NCBI RefSeq assembly: GCF_009914755.1
Contig: NC_060943.1
Reading direction: 5' to 3' (one strand)
Length of the DNA: 64,000 nucleotides
Origin: the human T2T-CHM13v2.0 reference genome, Homo sapiens
The translations under genes were made by a program, and so were the position numbers. A model generated the notes under the pieces. The model did not search any database. It was not told the origin of the DNA and saw nothing but the letters and a program-made list of their open reading frames with translations. Position 1 is the first letter of the stretch; each line of letters opens with the position of its first letter. This document shows positions 1-25,016 of this stretch, one piece after another.

Positions 1-649
1 GCTCAAGCGATTCTCATGCCCCAGCCTCCCGAGTAGCTGGGACTACAGGCGCGTGACACGGCACTGGGTAACTTTCGTATTTTTTTAGTAGAGCTGGTTT
101 TCGCCATGTTAGCCAGGCTGATCTTGACCTCCTGACTTCAGGTGATCTGTCTGCCTCAGCCTCCTAAAGTACTGGGATTAGAGGCCAGGCATGAGCCACT
201 CCGCCCAGCTGGGTTCTTTTTTTTTCTTTTTTTTTTTTGAGACAGAGTCTCGCTCTGTGGCCCAGGCTGGAGTGCAGTGGCACGATCTCGGCTCATGGCA
301 AGCTCTGCCTCCTGGGTTCACGCCATTCTCCTGCCCCAAGTAGCTGGGACTACAGGCGTCCGCCATCACGCCCAGCTAATTTTTTTTTTTTTTTTTGTAT
401 TTTTAGTAGAGACATGTTAGCCAGGATGGTCTCGATCTCCTGACCTTGTGATCCGCCCGCCTCGGCCTCCCAAAGTGCTGGGATTACAGGCGTGAGCCAC
501 CACGCCCCGCCCCCAGCTGGGTTGTTTCTTAAGGATTCAAAATCCAAAGGTAGGTCTCTAGTGAGGGACAGTAGGGCTCTAGTCATTCCATCGATGTGAT
601 CGCTGGGCAAAGGGAGGGTGGAGGACCTTGGGCTGACCTCAGGGATGGT

Positions 650-1997
<1,348 letters not shown>

Positions 1998-2022
1998 TAA
2001 AGTGCTGAGATTACAGGCGTGA

Positions 2023-2244
<222 letters not shown>

Positions 2245-2350
2245 TAGCCAGGATGGTCTCGATCTCCTGACCTCGTGATCCACCCTCCTCGGCCTCCCAA
2301 AGTGCTGAGATTACAGGCGTGAGCCACCGTGCCTGGCCGGCCTATTATTT

Positions 2351-2356
2351 TTTATT
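2351..2356 (-). terminator. Probable FUT3 polyadenylation signal AATAAA
   Basis: First AATAAA/ATTAAA I can find downstream of the FUT3 stop; lies in the A-rich end of an Alu left monomer. Confidence 0.65.
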
Positions 2357-2856
2357 TAGAGACGTGGTCTTGCTATATTGACCAGGCTGGTCTTTAACTC
2401 TTGGCCTCAATCAATCCTCCTACCTCAGCCTCCCAAAGTGCTGGGATTACAGGCGTGAGCCACAGCGCCTGTCCACCCTTGGCATTTTGTAGACAGCAGC
2501 AATTTCCCTCAACCCCAGAATATTTGGAATGTTCCAGAAGTCCTCATTTACAGTCGATCCCACCTGTACCCTATAAGTGGTGGTCCTGGGCTTGAACTTG
2601 GACCTGTCTGAACTCTGAGCTCTTAACCCCTGAGGTGAGAACCTGGGGTGAGCTCTTAACCCATGGGACCAACCCCTCTAGAGTGAGGAGACACGTCATC
2701 ATTTTTCCTTGCAGTATTACATCTGGAAACCGTGCCGTGATGATCTCTCTGCACCCCTCACAGGCGGCTAACAACATCACAAACAAATCAGCCAGAACCA
2801 TCACTCCCGGGTGGGGCCCCAAGTAAGCCAGTTCCCCAGGGCCCAGGGCCCTCCAG

Positions 2857-3170
2857 GGTGAGGTCCCCAGCAGGTGAGATTCAGTGTGGCAAGGTCTCTG
2901 GGAGCAGGTCCCAGCAGGTAAAGTCCCCGACCGCCGACATCCTCAGTAGGTGCAGCCTCCAGCAGCCAAGGTCCCCAGCAGGTGAGGTCCCCAGCAGGTG
3001 AGGTCCCCAACAGGCGAGGTCCCCAGCAGGCGAGGTCCCTAGCAGGCAAGTCTTCTGGAGGGGAGAGGCTCCTGGCAGCCGTGAAGCCCAGCGTGTGAGG
3101 TCCCAGGTAAGAGAGAGGGTTGGCCACAAAGGACTCCAGCAGGTGAGGCCCCAGGCAGATGAGGTTCCCG
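2857..3170. repeat. Degenerate 16-bp tandem repeat (AGGTCCCCAGCAGGTG) in FUT3 3' UTR
   Basis: Five near-perfect units at about 2969-3049, with degenerate units on both sides. Confidence 0.85.
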
Positions 3171-3195
3171 GCAGCCCAGGCACCATGCCGGCCTC

Positions 3196-4281
3196 TCAGG
3201 TGAACCAAGCCGCTATGCTGCGCACCGTCTGGTACCTGGATTCCTGCTGCAGTTTCCAGCAGGCCTTGCAGAAATCCAGTGCCCAGCTGAAGGAGCGAGG
3301 CCGCAGCGTCTCCCGCCAGCGAAAGTAGCTCAGGTAGCGGGCGTGGTCCTTGTCCAGCTCCTGCAGGTACCGGGCCAGGTCCTTGGGGCTCTGGAAGTCG
3401 TCCACGTGGATGAAGGCGTCGGGTGGCAGGAACCTCTCGTAGTTGCTTCTGCTGGGGCCCAGCACCACGGGCACGGCCCAGGCCTCCAGGGCGTTCCTCC
3501 ACAGCTTCTCGGTGATGTAGTCGGGGTGCAAGGAGTTCTCGAAGGCCAGGTAGAACTTGTACCGGGACAGCGTCTCCATCATGGTCCCCTTGGGCAGGGG
3601 CTTGTGGGAGCGTCCGTACACGTCCACCTTGAGATGAGCCTGCAGGCTCTGGTAGTAGCGCACCCTGGCTGAGTCCGGCTTCCAGTTGGACACCGCCCAG
3701 GCCACCAGCTCGGTCTTGGCCGAGAGGTTGAGCGGTGGGTGGGCAGGCTGGCCGGACCACGGCTCCAGCCAGCCGTAGGGCGTGAAGATGTCGGAGTCGC
3801 TGCGGTAGGACATGGTGAGATTGAAGTATCTGTCCAGGGCTTCCAGGTGCTGGCAGTTAGGGGGTGGCTCCAAGTTGAACCAGATCCAGCGCTGCCCCTG
3901 CGGCCTCGGGGAAGGTGGGAGGCGTGACTTAGGGTTGGACATGATATCCCAGTGGTGCACGATGACCGTGTCTGCCTGTGGGTACACCTTGCGGTCGGCA
4001 GTGATGTGGCAGTCGGCTGTGCCGGGCACCATCTCTGAACAGCGGGACAGAGCCACAGGGATGTGGAAAGGCCATGTCCATAGCAGGATCAGGAGGGTGG
4101 GGCGGGTGGGAGTGGTGTCCTGTCGGGAGGACCCACTGGGAGCCCTAGGGGATCCAGTGGCATCGTCTCGGGACACACGCAGGTAGGAGAAGAAACACAC
4201 AGCCACCAGCAGCTGAAATAGCAGTGCGGCCAGACAGCGGCGCCATGGCCATTGTGGCTTGGCTGCACCCAGGGGATCCAT
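3196..4281 (-). CDS. FUT3: Alpha-1,3/1,4-fucosyltransferase 3 (Lewis enzyme), 361 aa, single coding exon
   Basis: 361-aa ORF with type II membrane topology (short tail, TM segment [18 protein letters not shown]), GT10 motif [29 protein letters not shown] acceptor motif (W111), D336 and C-terminus SIAAWFT; splice acceptor ...ctcttcccag 12 nt upstream of the ATG (AG at 4295-4294). Confidence 0.99.
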   Translation of the reverse strand: MDPLGAAKPQWPWRRCLAALLFQLLVAVCFFSYLRVSRDDATGSPRAPSGSSRQDTTPTRPTLLILLWTWPFHIPVALSRCSEMVPGTADCHITADRKVYPQADTVIVHHWDIMSNPKSRLPPSPRPQGQRWIWFNLEPPPNCQHLEALDRYFNLTMSYRSDSDIFTPYGWLEPWSGQPAHPPLNLSAKTELVAWAVSNWKPDSARVRYYQSLQAHLKVDVYGRSHKPLPKGTMMETLSRYKFYLAFENSLHPDYITEKLWRNALEAWAVPVVLGPSRSNYERFLPPDAFIHVDDFQSPKDLARYLQELDKDHARYLSYFRWRETLRPRSFSWALDFCKACWKLQQESRYQTVRSIAAWFT

Positions 4282-4386
4282 GGGTCAGAGTATCTGGGAA
4301 GAGAGGAGAGAGGAGTGAGGGTCATTGATGACAATCTCCTGCTTACCAAAGCTCCGGGCCATGAGTCCTGAGAGGAGCTGCTATTA

Positions 4387-5901
<1,515 letters not shown>

Positions 5902-6327
5902 TTATATCCCGATGAAACTGTTTTCAAATGACATGGTGGTTGCCTGCTTTCTCTGTTGGACCGAACTGGTCTAAGCCTTGCAGTGTCGAGCGGAGCTCCC
6001 TGTAGGTCACCTGAGTGTGACGAAAAGGGATCCCGACGCCAAGACCTAAGTTCACACCAAGGTTCTGGAAAGAGACTCAAAACACAGGCCCTCAGGGGAC
6101 AGCCTGAGCCCAGAGTGGGAGGGAAGTTGAACTTTGACCAATTACTGCTTTGCACCCTTGGGCTCTGGGGCCTCAGGCACGAGGTAAATTTTTATAATGT
6201 AACTGATATTAAGATGGAATTACGTCAGCCCTGGATATATGGCAGCCTCTCCTAGGAGACAATGAAGTCTTTGTCAGTGACCTTCAGGAGGGTAGATTGG
6301 GGGAAACAGGTGATTGGTGGGGGCGAT

Positions 6328-9655
<3,328 letters not shown>

Positions 9656-9772
9656 GCGATGAGGACTGAGATCCCACCCCAGTTGAACCCAAGATATTTT
9701 TTCCTAGAAAAAGATTAAAAAATGCTACTCTGCTGAGACATCACAAAGATCAGGAAGCAAAAAGCAAAAAAA

Positions 9773-10410
<638 letters not shown>

Positions 10411-10836
10411 TTAAGTCCACCCCAGGCAGGGCAGGGCCAGAGAGAATCCAAGGCCAGAAAAGATGAGTGGGGGGAGGCTGTTGATGGGGTTGGGGTGCAG
10501 AGGGGACTCCACTCCAGAGCTCTGCCAGAGAGAGAGACAAACGTCACTCTTTCCTTCCGGTTTGGCAAATCACCCAGAACCTTCCATGTCCTCCCCAACG
10601 GTGGTGCATGCCACACCCAGAAAGACCCCTGCCTGTGACTAGGGGGTGCTGGCCACATTCCAGGTCATGGACAGTTTGGTGACTCTCCACCGGGATTTTG
10701 TGCCAGCCCAGCCACATCATGAATCAGGGCCCATAGGATGGGGGCCGAGGGGAGGAGGGACGGAGCCAGGAAGCCTTTCCTGGGAGGTCTCCCAGGCATT
10801 CTGGGTGGGGGGAAAAGGTAGAATGGGATAACTTAC

Positions 10837-10896
10837 CTGGAGAGGCAGCGAGCAGTGGATGAGGACAGCTCACCAGGAGGCCATGGCAGGTTTCCT
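10837..10896 (-). other. FUT3: FUT3 non-coding first exon (5' end approximate)
   Basis: Minus strand reads AGGAAACCTGCCATGGCCTCCTGGTGAGCTG...GCCTCTCCAG followed by a consensus donor GTAAGT (10836-10831). Joined to ATACTCTGACCCATG it matches the 5' end of the FUT3 cDNA as I recall it. Confidence 0.85.
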
Positions 10897-11380
10897 GGGG
10901 CGGGGAGGAAGTGGGAACAGAGAAGAGGAGGAACAAGTACGTGTACATTGCAGCACACACCTGTCACCAGGTGACCTAGGGTGTTCTCCCCTGCAGCAGG
11001 GATATTGTCTGGAAGCCAGTTTCCGGGGTGTCCTAATCTCGCCTGTGAGACCGGATAAGGGTGCAGGAACTTGGAGGCCCGGGACGTGACCCGGGCTCCA
11101 TCTGTAGCCTGAAGGCTGCCTGGCTTTGGGTGCACAGCTGGTCCATCCATAAAGTGAAAACGCTGGTCTAAAGCTTTGATTCTCAAAGTGGGTCCCACGG
11201 GGGCCCCATGGGTTTCTCGGGAGATGGTAAAGGGAGGGAAGTGAGCAGAATTTTAACCATCCCACCCATTCAGTCAGTCAATCAACAAACATTGCTTATG
11301 CACCTATTGCATACCAGACCCAGGGAGAGTGCAGGGAGCAAGTGGGTGAATCAGACAATACATGACTTTTGTAAGGGAAC
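10897..11380 (-). promoter_or_regulatory. FUT3 proximal promoter region (GC box GGGGCGGGG 10897-10905, adjacent GGAAGT ETS-like site)
   Basis: Immediately upstream of the first exon; motifs read directly; no TATA seen. Confidence 0.6.
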
Positions 11381-11384
11381 AATT

Positions 11385-17100
<5,716 letters not shown>

Positions 17101-17279
17101 CAATGTTTGCAGAATATGAAGGTGGCTGTCACGTGGTCTGGGCTTCCTGGAGGTTTGAGCTGGGAGCTGAAGCCCCGTAGGAGTTCTGTAAGTCAAAAGG
17201 GAAGAGAAGAGCATTCCACGTAGAGAAAAGAATCTGTGCTCCAGGCGCGGTGGCTCACGATTGTAATCTCAGCACTTGG

Positions 17280-17724
17280 TGTCAGGCCTCTGAGCCCAGG
17301 CTAAGCCATTGTATATCCCCCGTGACCTGCATGTATACATCCAGATGGCCTGAAGCAGCTGAAGAACCACAAGAGAAGTGAAAATAGCCAGTTCCTGCCT
17401 TAACTGATGTCATTCCACCATTGTGATTTGTTCCTGTCCCACCTTTACTGATCAATTAACTTTGTGACATTTCTTCTCCTGGACAATGAGTCTCATGATC
17501 TCCCTACCCAGCACCTTGTGACCCCTGCCCCTGCCCGCAAGAGATAACCATCTTTAACTGTAACTTTCCACTACCTACCTAAATCCTGTAAAAACTGACC
17601 CACCCCCTATCTCCCTTTGCTGACTCCTTTTTCGGACTCAGCCCGCCTGCACCCAGGTGATTAAAAAGCTTTATTGTTCACATGAAGCCTGTTTGGTGGT
17701 CTCTTCACACAGACACGCATGACA
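17280..17724 (+). mobile_element. Solo HERV-H LTR (LTR7B/LTR7C-like U3) inserted within an AluS (17240-17975)
   Basis: TG...CA termini, same LTR ends as the proviruses but a different U3 interior; interrupts the Alu at CAGCAC/TTTGGGAGG; the Alu is flanked by duplicated AAAAGAATCTGTGC. Confidence 0.9.
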
Positions 17725-17751
17725 TTTTGGGAGGCTGAGGCGGGTGGATCA

Positions 17752-17964
<213 letters not shown>

Positions 17965-19174
17965 TCAAAAAAAAAGAATCTGTGCAAAGCAGAGGTCCAG
18001 GCGCATTAGAGGAGCTGAAGGAAACTCTAGGCTGGGTCTTCACAAGCGGAAGATGAGACAGTGCTGCTTCTGGGGCTGAGCCACATCCAGCCATGGTCAA
18101 TGGTGGCATGTTTAGCACCAGGGTGATAGGAAGCCGTGCAAAGCTTCAAGCAGTGGGGTTGCTTTTTTTTTTTTTTTGACACAGAATCTCACTCTGTCGC
18201 CCAGGCTGGAACTGCAATGGCATGACCACGACTCGCTGCAGCCTCCACCTCCCAGGCTCAAGCGATCCTCCTGCCTCAGGCTCCCGAGTAGCTAGGGCTA
18301 CAGCCATGTGCCACTATGCCTGGCTAATATGGTTTATTTTTTGTAGAGACGAGGTCTCGCTATGTTGCCCAGGCTGGTTTCAAACTCCTGAGCTCAAGCA
18401 ATCTGCCCGCCTCAGCCTCCCAAAGCACTGGGATTACAGGCGTGAGCCACTGCGCTCGGCCATTTTTCTTTTTTTTTTTTTTTTTGAGACAAGGTCTCAC
18501 TCTCATCCAGGCTACAGTTCAGTGTGGCGATCATAGCTCACTGCAGCCTCTAACTCCTGGGCTCAAATGATCCTCCTGCCTTAGCCTCCCTGGTTGCTAG
18601 CAGTACAGGCGTGCACCACCACGTTAATTTTTAATTTTTTTTTTTTGAGATGGAGTCTTGCTCTGTCTTCCAGGCTAGAGTACAGTGGTGCAATATTGGC
18701 TCCTCCGCCTCCTGGGTTCAAGCGATTCTCCTGCCTCAGCCTCTTGAGTAGCTGGGACTACAGGCACATGCAACCACGCCTGGCTAATTTTTGTATTTTT
18801 AGTAGAGATGGGGTTTCACCATGTTGGCCAGGCTGGTCTCGAACTCCTGGCTTCAAGTGATCCTCCCACCTCAATCTCCCAAATCCCTGGGATTACAAGC
18901 GTGAGCCACCGCACCCAGCCAGGTTACCATATTAATATGTGGTTTGAGATGCTTTATCAGGACATGCTGGGCACAGGCCATCGGGACAGAGCAGAGGAGA
19001 GCGGGGAGGAAGAGGAGGCTGTTTTCAGGTGTCCTGGCAAGCGGTGAGGGTCCTCTGCCCCAGAGCGGTGGCCTCACCAAGGCCCTCTGTGTGCCTCGAA
19101 AGCACTCCTTTGGCCGGGCACGGTGGCTCACGCCTGTAATCCCAGCACTTTGAGAGGCCGAGGCGGGTGGATCA

Positions 19175-19465
<291 letters not shown>

Positions 19466-19881
19466 TCACAGGAGAAGTCCAGGGAGCCAGATAAGCTTCC
19501 TGGAATGGAGAAGAGAAATGATCTGGAAGGCTGTCCTTGAGACAGGATGGCCTTCAACTCTGTCAGTCCCAAACTGGGTGCAGGGGCGACCGAATCTAAG
19601 GTCCAGCCTCCATGTATGATGTCTTCCCTGTTCTAGAAATCATTTCCAGGAGGCTGCTTCACGCTGCCTGGGGTTCCACCATCTCAGTGCCCAGCCAGGC
19701 CCAAGACAGTGGGGAAGATTGAGGGGACAGGGCTGGGCCAGGGACTGGAGTCTCCCAGGCAGGCCATTTCCAGAAGGGGTGACCTAAGTCTGCTCTCTGC
19801 TCATGTCCTCGCTGGGGGCATTCTCTGTGACTGATTAAAACAACTTGTGGGGTTATCAGTCTTGGTATCACTTTGTCCTGG

Positions 19882-20907
19882 TGTTAGAGGAAAGGGGTTC
19901 CAATCAGACCCCAAGAGAGGGTTCTGGGATCTCACGTAAGAAACAATTCAGGGCTAGTCCCTAGAGTAAAGTGAAAGCAAGTTTATTAGGAAAGTAAAGG
20001 AATAAAAGAATGGCTACTCCATAGAGTAGCCCTGAGGGCCGCTGGTTGCCCGTTTATGGTTATTTCTTTTTTTCTTTTTTTGAGACGGAGTCTCACTCTA
20101 TCGCCCAGGCTGGCTGGAGTGCAGTGGTAGGATCTCAGCTCACTGCAACCTCCACCTCCTGGGTTGAAGCGATTCTCGTGCCTCAGACTCCTGAGTAGCT
20201 GGGACTACAGGCGTGCGCCACCTCGCCCAGCTAATTTTTGTATTTTTAGTAGAGATGGGGTTTCACCATGTTGGCCAGGCTGGTCTCGAACTCCTGACCT
20301 CAGGTAATCCACCCACCTTGGCTTCCCAAAGTGCTGGAATTACAGGAGTGAGCAACCACACCTGGCCTGAACCACCGTGCCCAGCTGGTTATTTCTTGAT
20401 GATATGCTAAACAACGGGGAGATTACTCATGCCTCCCCTTTTTAGACCACATAGGGTAACTTCCTGATGTTGCCATGGCATCTGTAAACTGTCCTGGTGC
20501 TGCTGGGAGTGTGGCAGTGAGGATGCCCTGAGGTCACTCTCATCACCATCTTGGTTTGGGTAGGCTTTGAGGATGCCCTGAGGTCACTCTCATCACCATC
20601 TTGGTTTGGGTGGGCTTTGAGGATGCCCTGAGGTCACTCTCATCGCCATCTTGGTTTGGGTGGGCTTTGAGGATGCCCTGAGGTCACTCTCATCGCCATC
20701 TTGGTTTGGGTGGGCTTTCACCGGCTTCTCGACTGCAACCTGTTTTACCACCAAGGGCTTTATGACCTGTATCTTGCGCCGACCTCCTGTCTCATCCTGT
20801 GACTTAGAATGACTTAACCACCTGGGAATTCAGCCCAGTGGGTCTCAGCCTCATTTTACCCAGCTCCTATTCAAGATGGAGTTGCTCTGGTTCACATGCC
20901 TCCGAGA
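19882..20907 (-). mobile_element. MER41A-like solo LTR, interrupted by an Alu (about 20063-20386)
   Basis: Minus strand matches the recalled MER41 consensus (GAACCAGAGCAACTCCATCTTGAATAGG...AATAAACTTGCTTTCACTTTACTCT...); 4-bp target duplication CTGG/GTGG; empty site TTTGTCCTGGAGCCCC at about 35608-35623. Confidence 0.85.
20519..20718. repeat. 4 x 50-bp tandem repeat inside MER41A
   Basis: Unit GAGGATGCCCTGAGGTCACTCTCATC(A/G)CCATCTTGGTTTGGGT(A/G)GGCTTT, exact period 50. Confidence 0.97.
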
Positions 20908-21524
20908 GTGGAGCCCCAGCCAAGCCCGGATGGGCAAGGCTTCCGCCCCACACAGCTGTCCTGTGGATGTGAAGACAGGTCCTGAGAGAGGGTGATCATT
21001 GCTGAGTCACTTGGAGTTTCCAAGGTAGCAGGCTGTCTCCAGCTGGACAACTGCGCTCTCTGCCCCCTGCCTCCTGCCTAGTTCCCGTTCTTCAGGGCTT
21101 AGGTGCAGACAGCTCCCCTAGGAAGCCTCCACAGATAGCGGCCCTCTTCCAGCCAGATCAATTCCTTCCACTGGCTCCTGCAACTGCCTCTGTCTCCCCT
21201 GTCCTAGCTCAGGCCACACTGTGTCCCTTCTTTCCCCTGCTGGGCTGGCAGCCTCGTGAGGACAGAAAACCTAGAAGAGCAAGAGATGAGGGAAGCTGGA
21301 GTGAGAAACCCGAGGGTAGGTCTCTAGCGGAGGGCCACAGGACTCTGCCCATTCCACAGTTGTGATCACCAGGCAATGGGAGGCTGGGCTGGCTGAGGCA
21401 ATGGTGCTCCTCCTGCCTCAGGCAATGGCAATGGGGGCCAAGTCCACACTCCAGGCTGAGCTCCAATCACACCTGAGGCCAGACTCTGCCTAAGCCCCAA
21501 CAGCAAGAAAGTAGAGGTTGGTAA

Positions 21525-21779
<255 letters not shown>

Positions 21780-21826
21780 TGATCCATCCGCCTTGGCCTT
21801 CCAAAGTGCTGGGATTACAGGCGTGA

Positions 21827-22273
<447 letters not shown>

Positions 22274-22594
22274 TGAGGTCACCCCACCCCACTCAAATGT
22301 GGTCATTACCGCACTGGCACTGTCACCCATGGAGCCCCTGCCCTGTCCCCAAGATCCGCCCTGGCAGCTCACGGCCCACATCTGATTGGCCCTCACCCTG
22401 AATCACTTCTTGTGTCCTTTGAACTGGTTCCCTCCTCCTGTAACATCCAACCCCAGTCCACCTTGTTCATGTAGCCAGGAGTTGGGAGGGCTGCGGGTGG
22501 GGATTGGGATTGCAACCCAGGCCCCTTGGCCATCAGATCCACAACTGGACTAGCCTCCAGCCACTGAGATCTGGAAGAGGAGCTGCGGCGAATT

Positions 22595-24043
22595 GCCAGA
22601 GACAGTGTGTGCTTATCTTGAAATTGCTGTGTGACCTGAGAGATTCCCTGGCCCTCTCTGAGCAGGGCTCATCAGGCTAGTGCCAGGTGAGGTCTCCCTG
22701 TCAAACAGCTGAGCCCAGAGCCCAGATTGGGGGATCACGAGGACCTCCTCGTTGGGGTCTCTGCCCTCATCAGACCCCCCAGCTCCTCCCTCAGCCTGGG
22801 CTGGGTGGGTGATGGAGCAGCTGCCAGCCTGCTGGAAATTTTTCTCCCCCTGGGGCCCAGGGCTGGGAGCCAAGGGCAGCTGCCGCTCAGAAGGAGGGAG
22901 AAGGCCCCACGGGCTGAGCTGGGTGCGCCATGAACCACATGTGAGATCCGGGGCATACAGGGAGGCAATGGGGGTTGGGAGCCATCCTGGGGTTCCAGAG
23001 TGGGCAGGCCAGGGTCCCCCAACGTTGGCCAGGTGGCTGGGCCTCTGCCCTTGTGGGACCCAAGGAGGGTTTCCATGTCCCTCTAAGTCTCAGAGGAAAT
23101 TCCAGAGGGAGAGAAAGAGAAGTTGGGAAAGGGAGCTGTTCACTCTGACATCAGCTCAGGTAGAGGCGGAGACCATGGGGGCTCCAGGGGCGTCAGGGGA
23201 CAGAGCAGCCTGTCCCCACTCCAACTCCTTACCCCCAGCGGACTGGCCCCACACCACCCTGTTAGGAAGACCTGGCCTGGCCTCCCGTGAGCCCCTGATC
23301 CCCTCCTGGGACCCCTGACTTGCAGCCAGGCAGTGGAGAGAGGGGCCCAGGTGTGTGGTGTGGGTGGCAGGTGAGTGATGGGCCCATCGAGGCTGGCTCA
23401 GGCCCGGAGTCACAAGGGGGTTTGACAGAGACTCTCCAGTCCCCTCACACCTTCCCCACCCTATGCCCCTCCACCCTCCCACCTGGGCCTGGGGGAGCCA
23501 TCACAGGCACCTCTGAGGCATGTCCACTGTGCAGATGGGGAAAGTGAGGCTCAGATAGCACCGGGGAGTCACCACCACCCTCCACCACCAGGTCCCCCAT
23601 GGCATTCTCCAGAGAGCAGCAATTTCCCCCAAGCCCAGAATGTTCCAGAATGTTCTGGAATGTTCCAGACGTCCTCATTTACAGTCAGAAGCCACCTGCA
23701 GCCCCTAAGTGGTGGAGCAGGGCTCTATGCAGGGCTTGCCAGATTTTGGAGTTCTTGACCTGAGATCTTCAGAAAACCGACTTTCGCCTCTGGCAGCTGT
23801 GTGGCCTTGGGTGAGTTCCTCAACTTCTCTGGGCATCAGCCACCTCCTCTACAGAGTGGAGCCACTGCCGGCACCTTCTTCAGGAGGCTGAGGTCATGCT
23901 GATCCTCCCACCACCCCCGCAGGGTCTCTGCGTACCCCCCTGCAGGGAGGAATGTTTGGCCTGGGTCCCTGGCCCTCTGTGGGCCTCAGTTTCCCCTCCT
24001 GTAATACTTTTAAGAAGCCCACCTCTCCCTGCCCATCCACAAG
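22595..24043. repeat. Segmental-duplication block X, copy B
   Basis: Direct-orientation homolog of 650-1712 and 35932-37283. Confidence 0.95.
23637..23666. promoter_or_regulatory. Perfect six-pentamer heat-shock element (motif match)
   Basis: aGAAt gTTCc aGAAt gTTCt gGAAt gTTCc. Confidence 0.75.
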
Positions 24044-24750
24044 GCCACACACACGGTCACAGCCACTTGCAGACACAGCTTAAGAGTCCCACATGTGTCC
24101 CCACACAGCCCACTTCACCACACCCAAGGACACAGGTCCATGCAGACACAGCCTTGCGCAGTTACACAGAGACACACACAGACTTGGAGAGCCCAGCACA
24201 CTCAGAGGGGCCGCTGCTCCGTCCAACACTCAAAGCCTCACTCCCAGGCCACACATTCCGTCTCACACTCACAATCACCGCCACCTACGAGCACCCACAT
24301 AGAGCCACAGGCAGGCATCGAGACACATCTGCAGGCACTATCAGAGTCACGCTGAGGTCACAGCCACAGTGATGCGTTGGTGACACCCACCCGCTGGCGG
24401 TCACACCGAGTGTCCCCCAGCCAAGTGCACACCACTGCTGACGGTCACACACATACCCTTTGCCCTCCTCCTTAGGGGACCCTGCCCTTCCCTGACCTGC
24501 CCTGCACACCTTGGGCAACACATCCAGCTCCCCTGGACCCCGTACCCTGGGCAGAGAGGGTCCCTTTATCCCAGCCCTGCCCACCTTCACTCCTGGAGAG
24601 CGTGGGCCCCACTCCTCAGCCCTCAGAGCCTGCATGTCCACTGTGCAAATGGGGAGATTGAGGCTCAGAGAGCACCTGGAATTCACTACCACCTTCCACC
24701 ACCAGGTTCCCCTTGGCATTCTCCAGAGAGCAGCAATTTCCCCCAAGGCC

Positions 24751-24780
24751 AGAATGTTCCAGAATGTTCTGGAATATTCT
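24751..24780. promoter_or_regulatory. Perfect six-pentamer heat-shock element (motif match)
   Basis: aGAAt gTTCc aGAAt gTTCt gGAAt aTTCt. Confidence 0.75.
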
Positions 24781-25016
24781 GGACATCCTCATTTACAGTC
24801 AGAAACCACCTGCAGCCCCTAAGTCATGGAGCAGGGCTCTATGCAGGGCTTGCCTGACTTTGGAGTTCTTGACCTGAGACCTTCAGAAAAAAGACTTTCA
24901 CTTCTGGGTGGGTGCCAGAGCCCACCCCAGGGAGCCAGCTGAAGGAGAGGACCCCCGAGGGATCTGAACGCCTCCCCCAAGAGGCTTGACCTCCAGGGTC
25001 ATAGAAAGTTCTAGAA

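Noticed and set aside
2801-3760. 319-aa alternative-frame ORF overlapping FUT3 and its 3' UTR repeat
   Set aside because: No ATG start, expected from GC-rich codon usage and a stop-poor repeat; the paralogous frame in FUT5 is cut by a synonymous change at 26231
20519-20718. CRISPR-like regular repeat
   Set aside because: No unique spacers; eukaryotic tandem repeat within an LTR
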